A DNA stretch of 64,000 nt from IMG/VR virus record IMGVR_UViG_3300026484_000087, positions 142,245-206,244 of that record. One strand, 5' to 3'. The notes under the pieces were generated by a model. The model was not told where the DNA came from and did no database searches. It was given only the letters and a program-made list of their open reading frames with translations. Shown piece by piece: positions 39,601 through 48,957 of this stretch; position 1 is the first letter of the stretch; every line of letters starts with the position of its first letter. The position numbers and the translations under genes were made by a program.

Positions 39601-42600
39601 TTATCTATAACATCTACAATATCATTTATGTTTCCACTAACTATAGGAGAGAACCATTTAAGTAGTCTCTTACTTGTATTCATCACTAATGTAGGCATAG
39701 CATTATCGGTATTTAATCCAGTTTCCCCACTAACTATAAGTTTGGTTTCACCTCTTTTTATGTTAACGTTACTATTAAACTTATTACTTATGAATTTTAA
39801 ATCAAGAGTAATATTTAAAGTATCTGTTGTAAATGTTGGTTTAAAGAAATCAATGCCTTTTAAAGGAACATTGGCTATAAGAGTACTTGTCTCTTGATAC
39901 ATTTCAGAATCATAGTTCTCGATTCTTGTTTTTAAAGTATGGTCTTTAGCTATACCTTTAATATATGTATCTTTAAAATACTCAGTACTTTCTTTATTGT
40001 TTTTATCTATAAACGATCCTATTTTAGGAGAGTACATATTTAAACTAGACTCTATGTTTCTTATAAGATTAATAGAAGTCTCTCCAGTTATAGAATGTAT
40101 TCCATCAGACATAAGTAATTTAACCTTAGCCTTTTGTTTACCATAAGGAATCATGCTAGCGTTAAATACGTTGTCTATTGTTTTATAATAATCTTCATCA
40201 TTTTTACCACTATCTAAGCTAGGTCTAAACATATCTGGTATACCACCAATACTATAAGTAATATTAGGCATACTATAATTGAAAATACCTAAAGGCGTTT
40301 CCATAGTTATGTTTATACTATCTTGTTTAATGTAACCTGTTTGACCTCTATCTATAGTTAAAGAATCACTTTTGTTCATGGTCTTATCTGACATAGATTT
40401 AACTGTAGGTTTATACCAATCTAATAGTCTTCTGTTTGTACTCATAACCATTTCTGGTTTGCCATTTACTTCAACATTACTTGATATATCATAAAGCTTA
40501 AATTTGGTAACATCATTTATAAAATTACCATAACTTAAGTTAAATGAATTAGAACCTATGGTCTGAATTATATTATCAGACTTACTGTTAACTATCGGAC
40601 TAAATAGTCTAAAAGACAATGGTCCAGCAGTTGTGGTAATCGTAGGTGTATTAGAATAATCCAATTCTTTACTATACCACTCCATAGCAGTTTGGATGTA
40701 TCTTTTAACAACTCTACCAACTTTACTAGTCTCACTACTAGCTAATTGGATAATATCTTTCATATCATTTATTTTAGTACCTATATAAGGTCTAAACATA
40801 GTTAGATATGATTTATTGCTAAATACAACATCAGGCATTTCATTTTTAACATGTAGTACATTGGTTAACGCTAAACGTTCTTCAGGTTCGTATAACATTA
40901 ATTTAGGAGGATTTATTCTGGTATAACCTCTTGGTATCATCAATTCTATATCAGACTTTAAGAAGCATCCATAAGGAGCATCTCTGGCGGCCATATAACC
41001 ATAAAAGTCTTCAAGTGCTCTAAATGTACCTTCATGAATATCAATGATACCAGGAGTACTTATTGACATATTTGTATTATATCTAGTAGACATAACATCT
41101 AAACTATTTGTACTATTCATAAACTGTATTGTGCTAGAAGATAAGTTTTTAACTATCTTAATATATTTGTCAACCATTTCATTAACATCATCTTTATCAA
41201 AATAGAATCCAGTAAATGCATAAAGAACCTTATTTAATGTTTCTTTATAATCATATACGTCTGTAAAATAGAAATCCACAAATTGGTTAGCCATTAGTTC
41301 GTCTATAGTACTATCTCCTTGATTGAAGATAATAGTCTCTTTCATATGTAAACGTTTATACATTGTTTTTATAGAATTGTTTATGAGCATATCGTTAGAG
41401 TTTGTTGCTATATTCCAAATTACTGAATTAAAACTATTCAAGTCTTTTAAATATTGATTAAATATATCTCTATCTAAGTATGTTAGTCTATCTGGTCTTA
41501 ATTCTATAAGTTTTTTAGCTATGTCATATGTTATAGTAGGGTTTATCATGTTATAATTAAGGGCATCCACTGTTATAACGCTATTTAAAAGTTTATTTGC
41601 AGTATAAGATGGAATCTTTGGATTAACATTGCCACTAATAACTGCTAGTAACTTAAGAATTAAGAAAGCTGCTTGCTTAGCATCTAAGTCATAAGTAAAT
41701 CCAGTATTATTATCTATAAATGTTATTGATGTTTTATAAATATCTCTAAATGCCATTTGTATAAAGTTATCTAGAACCATTTTTAGTTCTATCTTATTCT
41801 CAACTACATAAGATCTATTCACTTTTATCTTAAATGTTTTAGTTTTTTGTTTATTGAATTTATTTTTATCCAATTTATATTCTAAGGTATTGTCGTAAAA
41901 ATTCGTATCTTTTATAACCATATCGTTATCTACAAATGCTTTACTAAATTGTCTAAGCAATAAAGCCTTACCACTTGTATCATCATTATCATCTATTAGA
42001 TAATAATCATTTCTTCTTTTAGATATGAACCTATTCTCTTTTTTATCATATATTGGCTTAGTTATATCTGTTAAATTCAATAAGTCTTCATCTGGTAAAC
42101 CGTTTAGAAGTTCTACCTCAGCTACGCCTATACCATTTTCAGTAAGTATCTTTTCTATAAGTATATCAAGAGTTTTGTTTTTACCTATATTATTCTTGAT
42201 ATATCTAAGATTCTTATATAACCAAAACCTAGTTTCTTTACTAAGAACCTTAACATCTACATCTATACCATAATTAGATCTAAAAAATTCATAGATATGA
42301 AAACTGTGTGCTTCAGATGTAAAGATATAATCCTGTCTTATATTCAATGTTTTTAAAACCATTTTAGTATAGAGTGTTGCTAATAGTGACGGTATATAAA
42401 GATCATCAATTATGCCATAATCTCTAATATGCCAACGTAGAAAATAGTTCTTAGAGAACTCATTAAGTCTATGTATTAAATTGGTTTCCTGCTCTTCAAC
42501 TAGATAAGGACTATGTGCAACTAATTCTCCATTAGTGCAGTTAATGACATCGTTTATATCAAGTCCATATATAATACCCTTTATAAGCAATTCATCTTCA

Positions 42601-42935
42601 GGATACTCTGCTACTAAATCATTATAGTATGTATCAAATTTCTTTAATTCATTTCTAGTAGTCTTATATTTATCAAGGAGTTCTTTAGTTAGTTTTTGAA
42701 CAGAACCATCTTCAATGATAGTTATATTTATTCGATGGTCTAATTTATGATATTCTCCAGATATGTTCATAAAGTATTTCCAGGTAGTACGATCCTCTGG
42801 TTCATCTCCTAGAATACTTGTGCCGTATATTTTAACAAGTTCATTGTTAATTTGTATTGCTGTATCTATACTGAGAATGATTAAACTTTTAATCAATCTT
42901 ACAGTATCTTCAATATATTTTGTAGTTGTAATCAT
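36678..42935 (-). CDS. Large virion structural protein (phiKZ-like baseplate/tail N-domain) with long C-terminal repeat array
   Basis: The N-terminal ~600 aa carry WKYF.N.SGEYH..D, EEQE..LI and LYKNLRY motifs. The remainder has about 24 degenerate ~50-55-aa repeats ending in (M/L/W/Y)(F/Y)(S/K)P. Confidence 0.7.
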   Translation of the reverse strand: MITTTKYIEDTVRLIKSLIILSIDTAIQINNELVKIYGTSILGDEPEDRTTWKYFMNISGEYHKLDHRINITIIEDGSVQKLTKELLDKYKTTRNELKKFDTYYNDLVAEYPEDELLIKGIIYGLDINDVINCTNGELVAHSPYLVEEQETNLIHRLNEFSKNYFLRWHIRDYGIIDDLYIPSLLATLYTKMVLKTLNIRQDYIFTSEAHSFHIYEFFRSNYGIDVDVKVLSKETRFWLYKNLRYIKNNIGKNKTLDILIEKILTENGIGVAEVELLNGLPDEDLLNLTDITKPIYDKKENRFISKRRNDYYLIDDNDDTSGKALLLRQFSKAFVDNDMVIKDTNFYDNTLEYKLDKNKFNKQKTKTFKIKVNRSYVVENKIELKMVLDNFIQMAFRDIYKTSITFIDNNTGFTYDLDAKQAAFLILKLLAVISGNVNPKIPSYTANKLLNSVITVDALNYNMINPTITYDIAKKLIELRPDRLTYLDRDIFNQYLKDLNSFNSVIWNIATNSNDMLINNSIKTMYKRLHMKETIIFNQGDSTIDELMANQFVDFYFTDVYDYKETLNKVLYAFTGFYFDKDDVNEMVDKYIKIVKNLSSSTIQFMNSTNSLDVMSTRYNTNMSISTPGIIDIHEGTFRALEDFYGYMAARDAPYGCFLKSDIELMIPRGYTRINPPKLMLYEPEERLALTNVLHVKNEMPDVVFSNKSYLTMFRPYIGTKINDMKDIIQLASSETSKVGRVVKRYIQTAMEWYSKELDYSNTPTITTTAGPLSFRLFSPIVNSKSDNIIQTIGSNSFNLSYGNFINDVTKFKLYDISSNVEVNGKPEMVMSTNRRLLDWYKPTVKSMSDKTMNKSDSLTIDRGQTGYIKQDSINITMETPLGIFNYSMPNITYSIGGIPDMFRPSLDSGKNDEDYYKTIDNVFNASMIPYGKQKAKVKLLMSDGIHSITGETSINLIRNIESSLNMYSPKIGSFIDKNNKESTEYFKDTYIKGIAKDHTLKTRIENYDSEMYQETSTLIANVPLKGIDFFKPTFTTDTLNITLDLKFISNKFNSNVNIKRGETKLIVSGETGLNTDNAMPTLVMNTSKRLLKWFSPIVSGNINDIVDVIDKTENEFIHGSSRTDDNIITMHVDKTDIIVEQTTMISRSKKASITMYSPILLSNGGFDRTFIDGINTVNKLSGTVLNTPVKMDMQLHHDLENSTLPVLSFVSEFGTVNMYSPNISMDKKEREVLNSEIEYRVSMYGNLGKGVTDVKLYEDFSTIPNVLGHVNKDVLNWFSPIVSGITNDEVSSINYSASKTVVMGKTNNHRNMVSMSVISKELWSSEISTFKVSTNNSIINMFNPIVALNTSVEDTTLAFVSNFTKGFGRVQINTTKLRMYTDDILENNKPTAIIDTGMRVLDYFKPNVSNIYNPLAEDLVPMKNNYGYNGSLNNDHNVLTMFNETMDIESSNKPNVYGSVRKADTKLYKPRSEVFSINESYRIVAGSFDTSKGRYINNHMEVLLEDIDNRPNDGSKPVLRGSRNYKTIDMFSPKVDGITYGIDEVVRNPYSENYVPMGSVTGKNEMMFYNTSNVIDGDIEPNVYFNTTKNIIEMYHPKFRVNSNEQVDGLDTTINTSTVSGTSRSDANKITMDINSKDIWVDVAPIGKFNTNLSTLTLFKPDFKTGSVDEKDILDSIPKGINYKGNVLQDINKIIMYGENGEISEYEVGSLIGNNDVALNLFKPLVTDVISNRADDIDGIITETIVGSKRVKTTNGILLNMSPVIAGDLNPVLYGSVNSDLDDMFSPTSTAKGYKLNETYTLTTDTFTGTYNRKFVKALLYSKDLNTNNDAELIGDMSSNVDMFKPKINKSVEIVFKDTEYVVDNTIKGSKTKKDVTGIGRVEENNLAKTIVPELVGSIDNELDNMFVPVMPKTETLELEDTEVINVNDLTGLAISSELNTIIYSNEDGVDSTPALIATDGKVDVGMFKPKLSRTKDIETNKTSNINTDVVIGEINVSTTRTIMYDMDRDKSSKPNVIGDNRTPVDMYSPKLKGSLDKTKDTISINNEIDINGLVNINELKTIVYEDETVDKPNVVTKDTTEIK

Positions 42936-42986
42936 TGTTTTTCCTCAATATGTAAACTGAAATAAAATAAGTAAAAGGACTTTATT

Positions 42987-45638
42987 ATGTCAAAGAAAAC
43001 AGAAGCTAAGATTCCATCTGTCATTAACGAAAATAAAAATCTGGCAGCAGTAGTTAGTAAGCTAAATACTGACGATAGAACTAGTGCTCCTAAGCAATTA
43101 AAGACTGCTAATCTACCAGACATATCTGAATCTATAAAAGATAAAATAACAAACAATGAAACCATAGTTAGATTATTTCCAGATATAGAGCTTAGCATAC
43201 AGATAATGGTGTCGTCTATCTTATCACCTAATGATATGTCTAGTACCAGCATCATCTATGGAATAGATGGTTTAGAGTTACCAACAGACGTTAAGGTAGG
43301 GTTATTAGAGAACATTAAATCTTATGTATCAAATAACTACAAGCTGGAAGATAAATTGTCAACTATTATAAGAGAAGCCTTATTTACTAAAGGGGCATAC
43401 ATAGAAACAATTATACCCGAATCATCTGTTGATGCTATGATAAATGGTAATGGTGAAGTAACAAGTTTAGAAACATTTGTTAATGATAATTTAAGGACTT
43501 CTAAACTAAAGATACTTGGTGATAATGAAAAAAGCGTAACTACATTTTCTTTAGAAGATATGGATTTAAGCTTATCTAAAGATAAAACTGTAAAATCACC
43601 GATATCCGTAGAAATATCGGATGAAGATTTAGGTATTGATATAACTGATAATTATTCTATATTGGCAGCAACTAGTCAAATGTCTAAAATAGTAAGTAAC
43701 AAGATAAGTACTGAAATGTATAAAGAAGATACGGTTACTGATGATGATGATGACTTCTTTAATAACTTATTTAAGCCAACTACAGTTAATAATAAAAGTG
43801 GTTCAGTTACAGTTCTTACTGAAGATGAAACTAATAGAGAAAGCATTGGTATGCCTTTAACTATGAAATTACCAGTAGAATCAACCATACCCGTTTATGT
43901 TAGTGGTGATGTTACTAATCATTTGGGTTACTTTGTATTGTTAGATGATAAAGGGGTTCCTATTACTAATAGTTCTGACTTTACTGTATCTAACGATGAC
44001 TTTAAAAATAACTCTAATATAAAAGCCAAGTCTATTATAGATAAAGCATCTACTGCGATCAATGGTTATTCTAAAGCCGTTCCTAAAGTTGAGAATATAG
44101 AGGAGATCTATAGTTATGTAGTTAATCAAAAACTAAAGAATAAACTTAAAAACGGCTTACTAGGTGATTTAGCAGATTTTAGTAAAGACAATAGTGAAAT
44201 ATATAGAACTATGCTTAGTAGAGTTTTATCTAAACAAAAAACCAAAATACTATTTGTTCCAAAAGAACTGGTTGCATTTTATGCTTTTAAATTTAGAGAT
44301 AATGGTACTGGTGAATCTTTATTAGAAACCATATCAGTATTGTCTAGTATTAGAGCTATTCTCTTATTCTCTAGAATAATGGCAAATATTAAGAATTCAA
44401 TAACTACAACTGAAGTATCTGCTACATTAGATGAAAATGATTTGGATCCATCTAAAACCATGGATAAAATAGTATCTGAAGTTATGCGTAGTAGAAGCAC
44501 ACAAATGCCTATTGGTGTTACTAGAGTAGAAGATCTTGTTGACTGGACCAAGAAAGTAGGTTATAAATTTAATTTTAAACATGATAGTTTACCAGATATG
44601 GAAATAAACACTAGTGAAGAAAATACGAGTAAGGTAATTCCTGATTCAGATCTAGATGAAGAAATAAGAAAACAAATACTTATGTCTTTTTCTTTGCCAC
44701 CAAAAGCAGTTGAAGATGGTTACGACAGTGATTTTGCAACTACTATTGTACAGAACAATGTTTTATTTACCAAACGTGTTATGGTGCATCAAGACATACT
44801 AGCACCTTTAGTTGCTAACCATATTAAGATTATTCTTAAAAATGATATGGTTATTTTTAATGAAATTAAAGATACTATTAGTAAAAACATAACTGCTATT
44901 ATTAGAGAACTTAAAAAAGAAAAAAATGATCTTGTGTCTAGTAAAGATATAGATAAAGACAAACTTACTATATGGCTTACAAATGCATATATAGATAAAA
45001 TAACAATAAGTTTTCCTAGAATAGAAGAACATGAAACTGATAATATGAAAGAATCTTTTGATAATTATAAAGATAGCCTTGATGATTATATAGAAACATT
45101 CTTTAGTACAGATGCTTTACCAGACGAGTTAGCTGGTCAATTAGTAGATAAAATGGATGACTTTAAGTTGGCTATACAAAATAGTTTACTTAGAAAATGG
45201 ATGAGTGATAATAATTACTTACCAGAACTACTAAATGCTACTACTGTTGATAAAGATGGGAAACCTATTTATGATGTTCTTGGCGAATACGAGACTTATC
45301 TTAAAACTCTTAGTGAGATTATTGTTCCATTTATGAAACAAAATAATAGTGACGTAGAAAAAATAGATGCTAAAGTTGATAAAGCAGAAGGAAACGATGA
45401 AGAAGAGGAAGAAGATATGGATAACGATGAAACATCTACTGATGATACAGGAAACACTGATGTAGATAATGATGACAACACTGAAGGCGGTGATGATACA
45501 GAAGAAGCAGATGATGCTGAAACCAATGATGGTGATCCAACAGATGATCTTGAGCCAAATAGTGGAGACACTGATGGTGATGATGATAACAATGAAACAG
45601 ATGATGGTACTGAACCACCTGAACCAAGTTTTGATTAA
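42987..45638 (+). CDS. Putative portal protein (phiKZ gp129-like)
   Basis: 883 aa. LFPDIEL..QIMVSSILSPNDM, LGYFVLLD..G.P and GTGESLL motifs as recalled for this family, with an acidic C-terminal tail. Confidence 0.65.
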   Translation: MSKKTEAKIPSVINENKNLAAVVSKLNTDDRTSAPKQLKTANLPDISESIKDKITNNETIVRLFPDIELSIQIMVSSILSPNDMSSTSIIYGIDGLELPTDVKVGLLENIKSYVSNNYKLEDKLSTIIREALFTKGAYIETIIPESSVDAMINGNGEVTSLETFVNDNLRTSKLKILGDNEKSVTTFSLEDMDLSLSKDKTVKSPISVEISDEDLGIDITDNYSILAATSQMSKIVSNKISTEMYKEDTVTDDDDDFFNNLFKPTTVNNKSGSVTVLTEDETNRESIGMPLTMKLPVESTIPVYVSGDVTNHLGYFVLLDDKGVPITNSSDFTVSNDDFKNNSNIKAKSIIDKASTAINGYSKAVPKVENIEEIYSYVVNQKLKNKLKNGLLGDLADFSKDNSEIYRTMLSRVLSKQKTKILFVPKELVAFYAFKFRDNGTGESLLETISVLSSIRAILLFSRIMANIKNSITTTEVSATLDENDLDPSKTMDKIVSEVMRSRSTQMPIGVTRVEDLVDWTKKVGYKFNFKHDSLPDMEINTSEENTSKVIPDSDLDEEIRKQILMSFSLPPKAVEDGYDSDFATTIVQNNVLFTKRVMVHQDILAPLVANHIKIILKNDMVIFNEIKDTISKNITAIIRELKKEKNDLVSSKDIDKDKLTIWLTNAYIDKITISFPRIEEHETDNMKESFDNYKDSLDDYIETFFSTDALPDELAGQLVDKMDDFKLAIQNSLLRKWMSDNNYLPELLNATTVDKDGKPIYDVLGEYETYLKTLSEIIVPFMKQNNSDVEKIDAKVDKAEGNDEEEEEDMDNDETSTDDTGNTDVDNDDNTEGGDDTEEADDAETNDGDPTDDLEPNSGDTDGDDDNNETDDGTEPPEPSFD

Positions 45639-45654
45639 AAGAAAAAAGTACAGT

Positions 45655-45687
45655 ATATACTATATAGCATAACGCTATATAGTATAT
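45655..45687. terminator. Bidirectional terminator-like hairpin
   Basis: ATATACTATATAGC-ATAAC-GCTATATAGTATAT between convergent genes. Confidence 0.7.
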
Positions 45688-45691
45688 GTAT

Positions 45692-47128
45692 TTAAATTTG
45701 CTCTATAGTATAGCTGTTAGTTAATTTAGATTTAATTAATCTAAATATATCACCTTCATCAGTAGTTAGGATGATAACATTATTAACAAGATCTTGTGAA
45801 GTTAGTACTGTTTGTATTAAACTATTTAGTATAGGAGTAAGTTCATCTTTAATGTATTTAACCGTTCCTTTACTAACGTCCGTTAACTCATATTTAACAT
45901 CCATATTACATGTGTTAATAAGAGTAAGTTTTTCACCATACAATAACTTACCAACCTTATTACTGTTAACAGTATCTTCTATCTCTAAAGAACTTAATGT
46001 ACTTGCATTCTCTTTAAGAACAGTATAAAGATCAGTTAATAAAGCTTTGTGTAGACTTGCTTCTCTAACATCAGTGAAATTCTCAATCGTATGCAATAAA
46101 CTCATATAGTCATCTGCAAAGCTATCTATTTTAGTAGGAGCCCCTATCATTGATCTAAAATAGTTATTAACCAATTTAGTAATAGAATTATCTATTGATT
46201 TAAAGGCTTTAGATAAAAGTGAGTTCTTACTATATTTATATTTAGCAATGAAATCAGCAACTTCTTTAAGGTTATCGCTTTCCATTACTGTTTTATAATA
46301 GAACATCTCAGTTGGATCATTAGTAACTCTATTAACTATAAAAGTATCTACAATCATAACCTCCATAGCAGTGTTCTCAAACATACCATCTTTATTATCA
46401 TGAACAATGAAGTCCATTCTATTAAACATCTCTTTAACGCTATCAACGATCTCTATTTTATCTAACACTAGGTTTAGTTTATGATCTATTTTACCGTTAA
46501 CTATTTTACCACTTATTACATTAGCCGTATCATATACGCTAGCATGTTCTGAATATTTCATAGTCTTCTTGATCTCCTCATCTGTCTTCTTTTCTATCTT
46601 GTTTTTAAACGTACCATCTTCACTAACAATAACCCTAACACATTTTAAATCAGGTGTAGTAAGAAATAAGAATTCATTACCGTCCAAAGGAGTGGTTGCA
46701 ACTAACTCTTTCTTCTTTTGTGGTTGTGGTTGTTGAGGTGCCTGCTGTGGTTGTTGTTTACTAATCATTTCATCAACATAATCTAATGCACCAAAGTTTT
46801 TACCACTATGTTTTACATCAGTACCTTGAGATAACCCATTTCTAACATTACTATTAAATATACTGCCACCAGTGTTTTGATACATTGGATCTTGTTGTTG
46901 GTTATACATTGGTCTCTGTTGCTGTGGTTGTTGTTGAACTGGATTTATATACATACCTGTATTTTGCTGTTGCGGAGGATATATATTCTGTTGCTGATTC
47001 ATCATTTGTTGTATGTGTGGTAATAATGAATTGTAATCACTAGCTTCCTGTTGGTTGAATGGTATGCCAGCTACCCTCATAGCCTCCAGTTTATTAAAAT
47101 ACTCTACTTGACTTTGATTTAATGCCAT
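45692..47128 (-). CDS. Hypothetical protein with Q/P/N-rich low-complexity N-terminus
   Basis: 478 aa with QQMMNQQQNIYPPQQQ... in the first ~135 aa. AAAGGA RBS. Confidence 0.75.
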   Translation of the reverse strand: MALNQSQVEYFNKLEAMRVAGIPFNQQEASDYNSLLPHIQQMMNQQQNIYPPQQQNTGMYINPVQQQPQQQRPMYNQQQDPMYQNTGGSIFNSNVRNGLSQGTDVKHSGKNFGALDYVDEMISKQQPQQAPQQPQPQKKKELVATTPLDGNEFLFLTTPDLKCVRVIVSEDGTFKNKIEKKTDEEIKKTMKYSEHASVYDTANVISGKIVNGKIDHKLNLVLDKIEIVDSVKEMFNRMDFIVHDNKDGMFENTAMEVMIVDTFIVNRVTNDPTEMFYYKTVMESDNLKEVADFIAKYKYSKNSLLSKAFKSIDNSITKLVNNYFRSMIGAPTKIDSFADDYMSLLHTIENFTDVREASLHKALLTDLYTVLKENASTLSSLEIEDTVNSNKVGKLLYGEKLTLINTCNMDVKYELTDVSKGTVKYIKDELTPILNSLIQTVLTSQDLVNNVIILTTDEGDIFRLIKSKLTNSYTIEQI

Positions 47129-47152
47129 TTGTTTTCCTTTATATTTGTATTT

Positions 47153-47183
47153 GATACTGCCTGTATCTAAGTTAATAATATAT
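47153..47183 (-). promoter_or_regulatory. Class I promoter-like ATATATTAT plus GATAC-AGGCA-GTATC hairpin
   Basis: Copy 4 of 4. Confidence 0.7.
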
Positions 47184-47204
47184 CATTATTAACTGTTTAA
47201 AAAT

Positions 47205-47230
47205 GATAACCTAGATTAATCTAGGTTATC
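47205..47230. terminator. 26-bp perfect palindrome
   Basis: GATAACCTAGATTAATCTAGGTTATC over the stop of the RNAP-subunit gene. Confidence 0.7.
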
Positions 47231-48910
47231 TATTTCAACTTCTATCTCCGAATTAAGAATCTCTTTATTCTCAATTATTTTACCATTAAACATCTTATCT
47301 AATAGTGTTATGCTTTCCATAATATCTTCTTTCGGCTTGAGTCTACCACTAGCTATATCTAATGTTATAAATGGATTTATTCTAAGCTTTGGTGTAGGTG
47401 CTTTCTTAGGTAGGTATAATATACTACCCATAAATAAATCTGGACCAGTAATAGTTCTAGTAGCCTTTGGGAATACTTGAGATTTACTCTTGGTAACATT
47501 CTTACCACGTTCCTGTAACTCAAGTACTGAAGTAATCTTATGGTACTTATTATCACTAGCATAATCCGTAAGCAACATTGTAATGTTCTGGTTTGAACTC
47601 TTAATAAGCATAAATATCTTCTTAGAGGATATGTTAGCGTTGAATATTCTAGTAACCTCATTTATAGCAAGATCTTTCTTAAGAGATTTTCTAGTAAGTT
47701 CAAAGATAGTTTTGTTTATACCAAGTATGATGTCATACATAATGTAATATAGAACATCTATGTATCTATTAAATATATTGTTATTATATGTTTTACTATT
47801 TAATAACCACTCGCTATATTTACCAAGTATAACCGCTAACAGATCAAAGAAGTCGTTAACCATAATTCCTATTTCTGCTAACTTTGTCTTAATTAGATTA
47901 TCTATATAAGACTTTAAAGATATAAAATGATCAACTATATCTGCATAGATTCTATCTGCAGAATAATTGTTCTTAAATATGATTTTACCTAACATAAGTT
48001 TCCAGTAAACCAACTCATTCTTTAAATCTCCAGAATTTATAACATCAACCATTTCATTAGCATTAGCAGGTAGTGCATCTAAGGTATATATTAGGCCTAC
48101 TATGATGTTTTCTACGTAAGGAGTAGTTTTACCCTTTGGAACTAAAACTTTAACGTTATGACCAATGTAGTGCGTTTCTTTAAGGCTTCTTGGTTTAAGC
48201 TTTATAGATTCATAAATATCATGTGTTTCTTGATACTTACTAACGTCTTGATCATATGTGATTATAGGTTCTATGCCAGCATACTTTAAGAATGTATCTT
48301 TAAAACCATACTCTGCTAATAAATACAATGCTATAGGTGGCACTATGCTTCCAAGATCATCCTTTATGGCTCTAGTAGAAACTCTATAAATAGTTGACGA
48401 TATTACTTGTCCAGCTATCTTATTGCCATTTAGGATAACGTTTCTATTTGTACGGGTAAAGATAAGTTTATCTCTTAATAGACGTATAAATACTTTCTTT
48501 TCATCTGGACTAACAACAGTATCTGAAAGCACTGGTACTATATGGTATTTAGTATCAGATATATGCATCATACCACCATCTTCTAAAAATGGCATATATA
48601 AATATCTTTTAGGCAATGGTGCTCCATTGTAACTAAATAATAGTTCTATCTTATAAATATCCGATACCGCTATATCATAATTTATTCTATTGTTACCAGT
48701 TGTAAATAAAGTATCGTATTCTTCTTTAGGAGATAACATTCTCCAGCCATGGTATTCTAACTTTTCAGTAGCTGATTTCATAGCACTTCTAATTATAGCA
48801 TCTATATATTCTGGTGCTGATTTAACAGATTCAGTTGCTATACCGTTAACCACGGCATCGTTAAAATGAGGAACACAATTATCCATCATTTTACTTAAAA
48901 CATCATTCAT
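47216..48910 (-). CDS. Non-virion RNA polymerase beta N-terminal subunit (phiKZ gp123-like)
   Basis: YLYMPF...G...ISDTKYHIVPVLSD.V.S....VF.RLLRDKL.F motif, located two genes from the capsid gene as in phiKZ. Confidence 0.78.
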   Translation of the reverse strand: MNDVLSKMMDNCVPHFNDAVVNGIATESVKSAPEYIDAIIRSAMKSATEKLEYHGWRMLSPKEEYDTLFTTGNNRINYDIAVSDIYKIELLFSYNGAPLPKRYLYMPFLEDGGMMHISDTKYHIVPVLSDTVVSPDEKKVFIRLLRDKLIFTRTNRNVILNGNKIAGQVISSTIYRVSTRAIKDDLGSIVPPIALYLLAEYGFKDTFLKYAGIEPIITYDQDVSKYQETHDIYESIKLKPRSLKETHYIGHNVKVLVPKGKTTPYVENIIVGLIYTLDALPANANEMVDVINSGDLKNELVYWKLMLGKIIFKNNYSADRIYADIVDHFISLKSYIDNLIKTKLAEIGIMVNDFFDLLAVILGKYSEWLLNSKTYNNNIFNRYIDVLYYIMYDIILGINKTIFELTRKSLKKDLAINEVTRIFNANISSKKIFMLIKSSNQNITMLLTDYASDNKYHKITSVLELQERGKNVTKSKSQVFPKATRTITGPDLFMGSILYLPKKAPTPKLRINPFITLDIASGRLKPKEDIMESITLLDKMFNGKIIENKEILNSEIEVEIDNLD

Positions 48911-48957
48911 ATATTCTCCTTATATAATAATTCAATTAACTCATTTAATGACAATTT

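Noticed and set aside
37216-42273. Plus-strand ORFs inside the 2085-aa gene
   Set aside because: They are antisense shadows of a clearly coding minus-strand frame.
42932-43255. 107-aa minus-strand ORF over the portal start
   Set aside because: It is antisense to the portal gene and lacks an RBS.
45400-45638. Acidic tail of the portal as a novel repeat
   Set aside because: It is a low-complexity Asp/Glu tail without periodicity, and such tails are common in this group.
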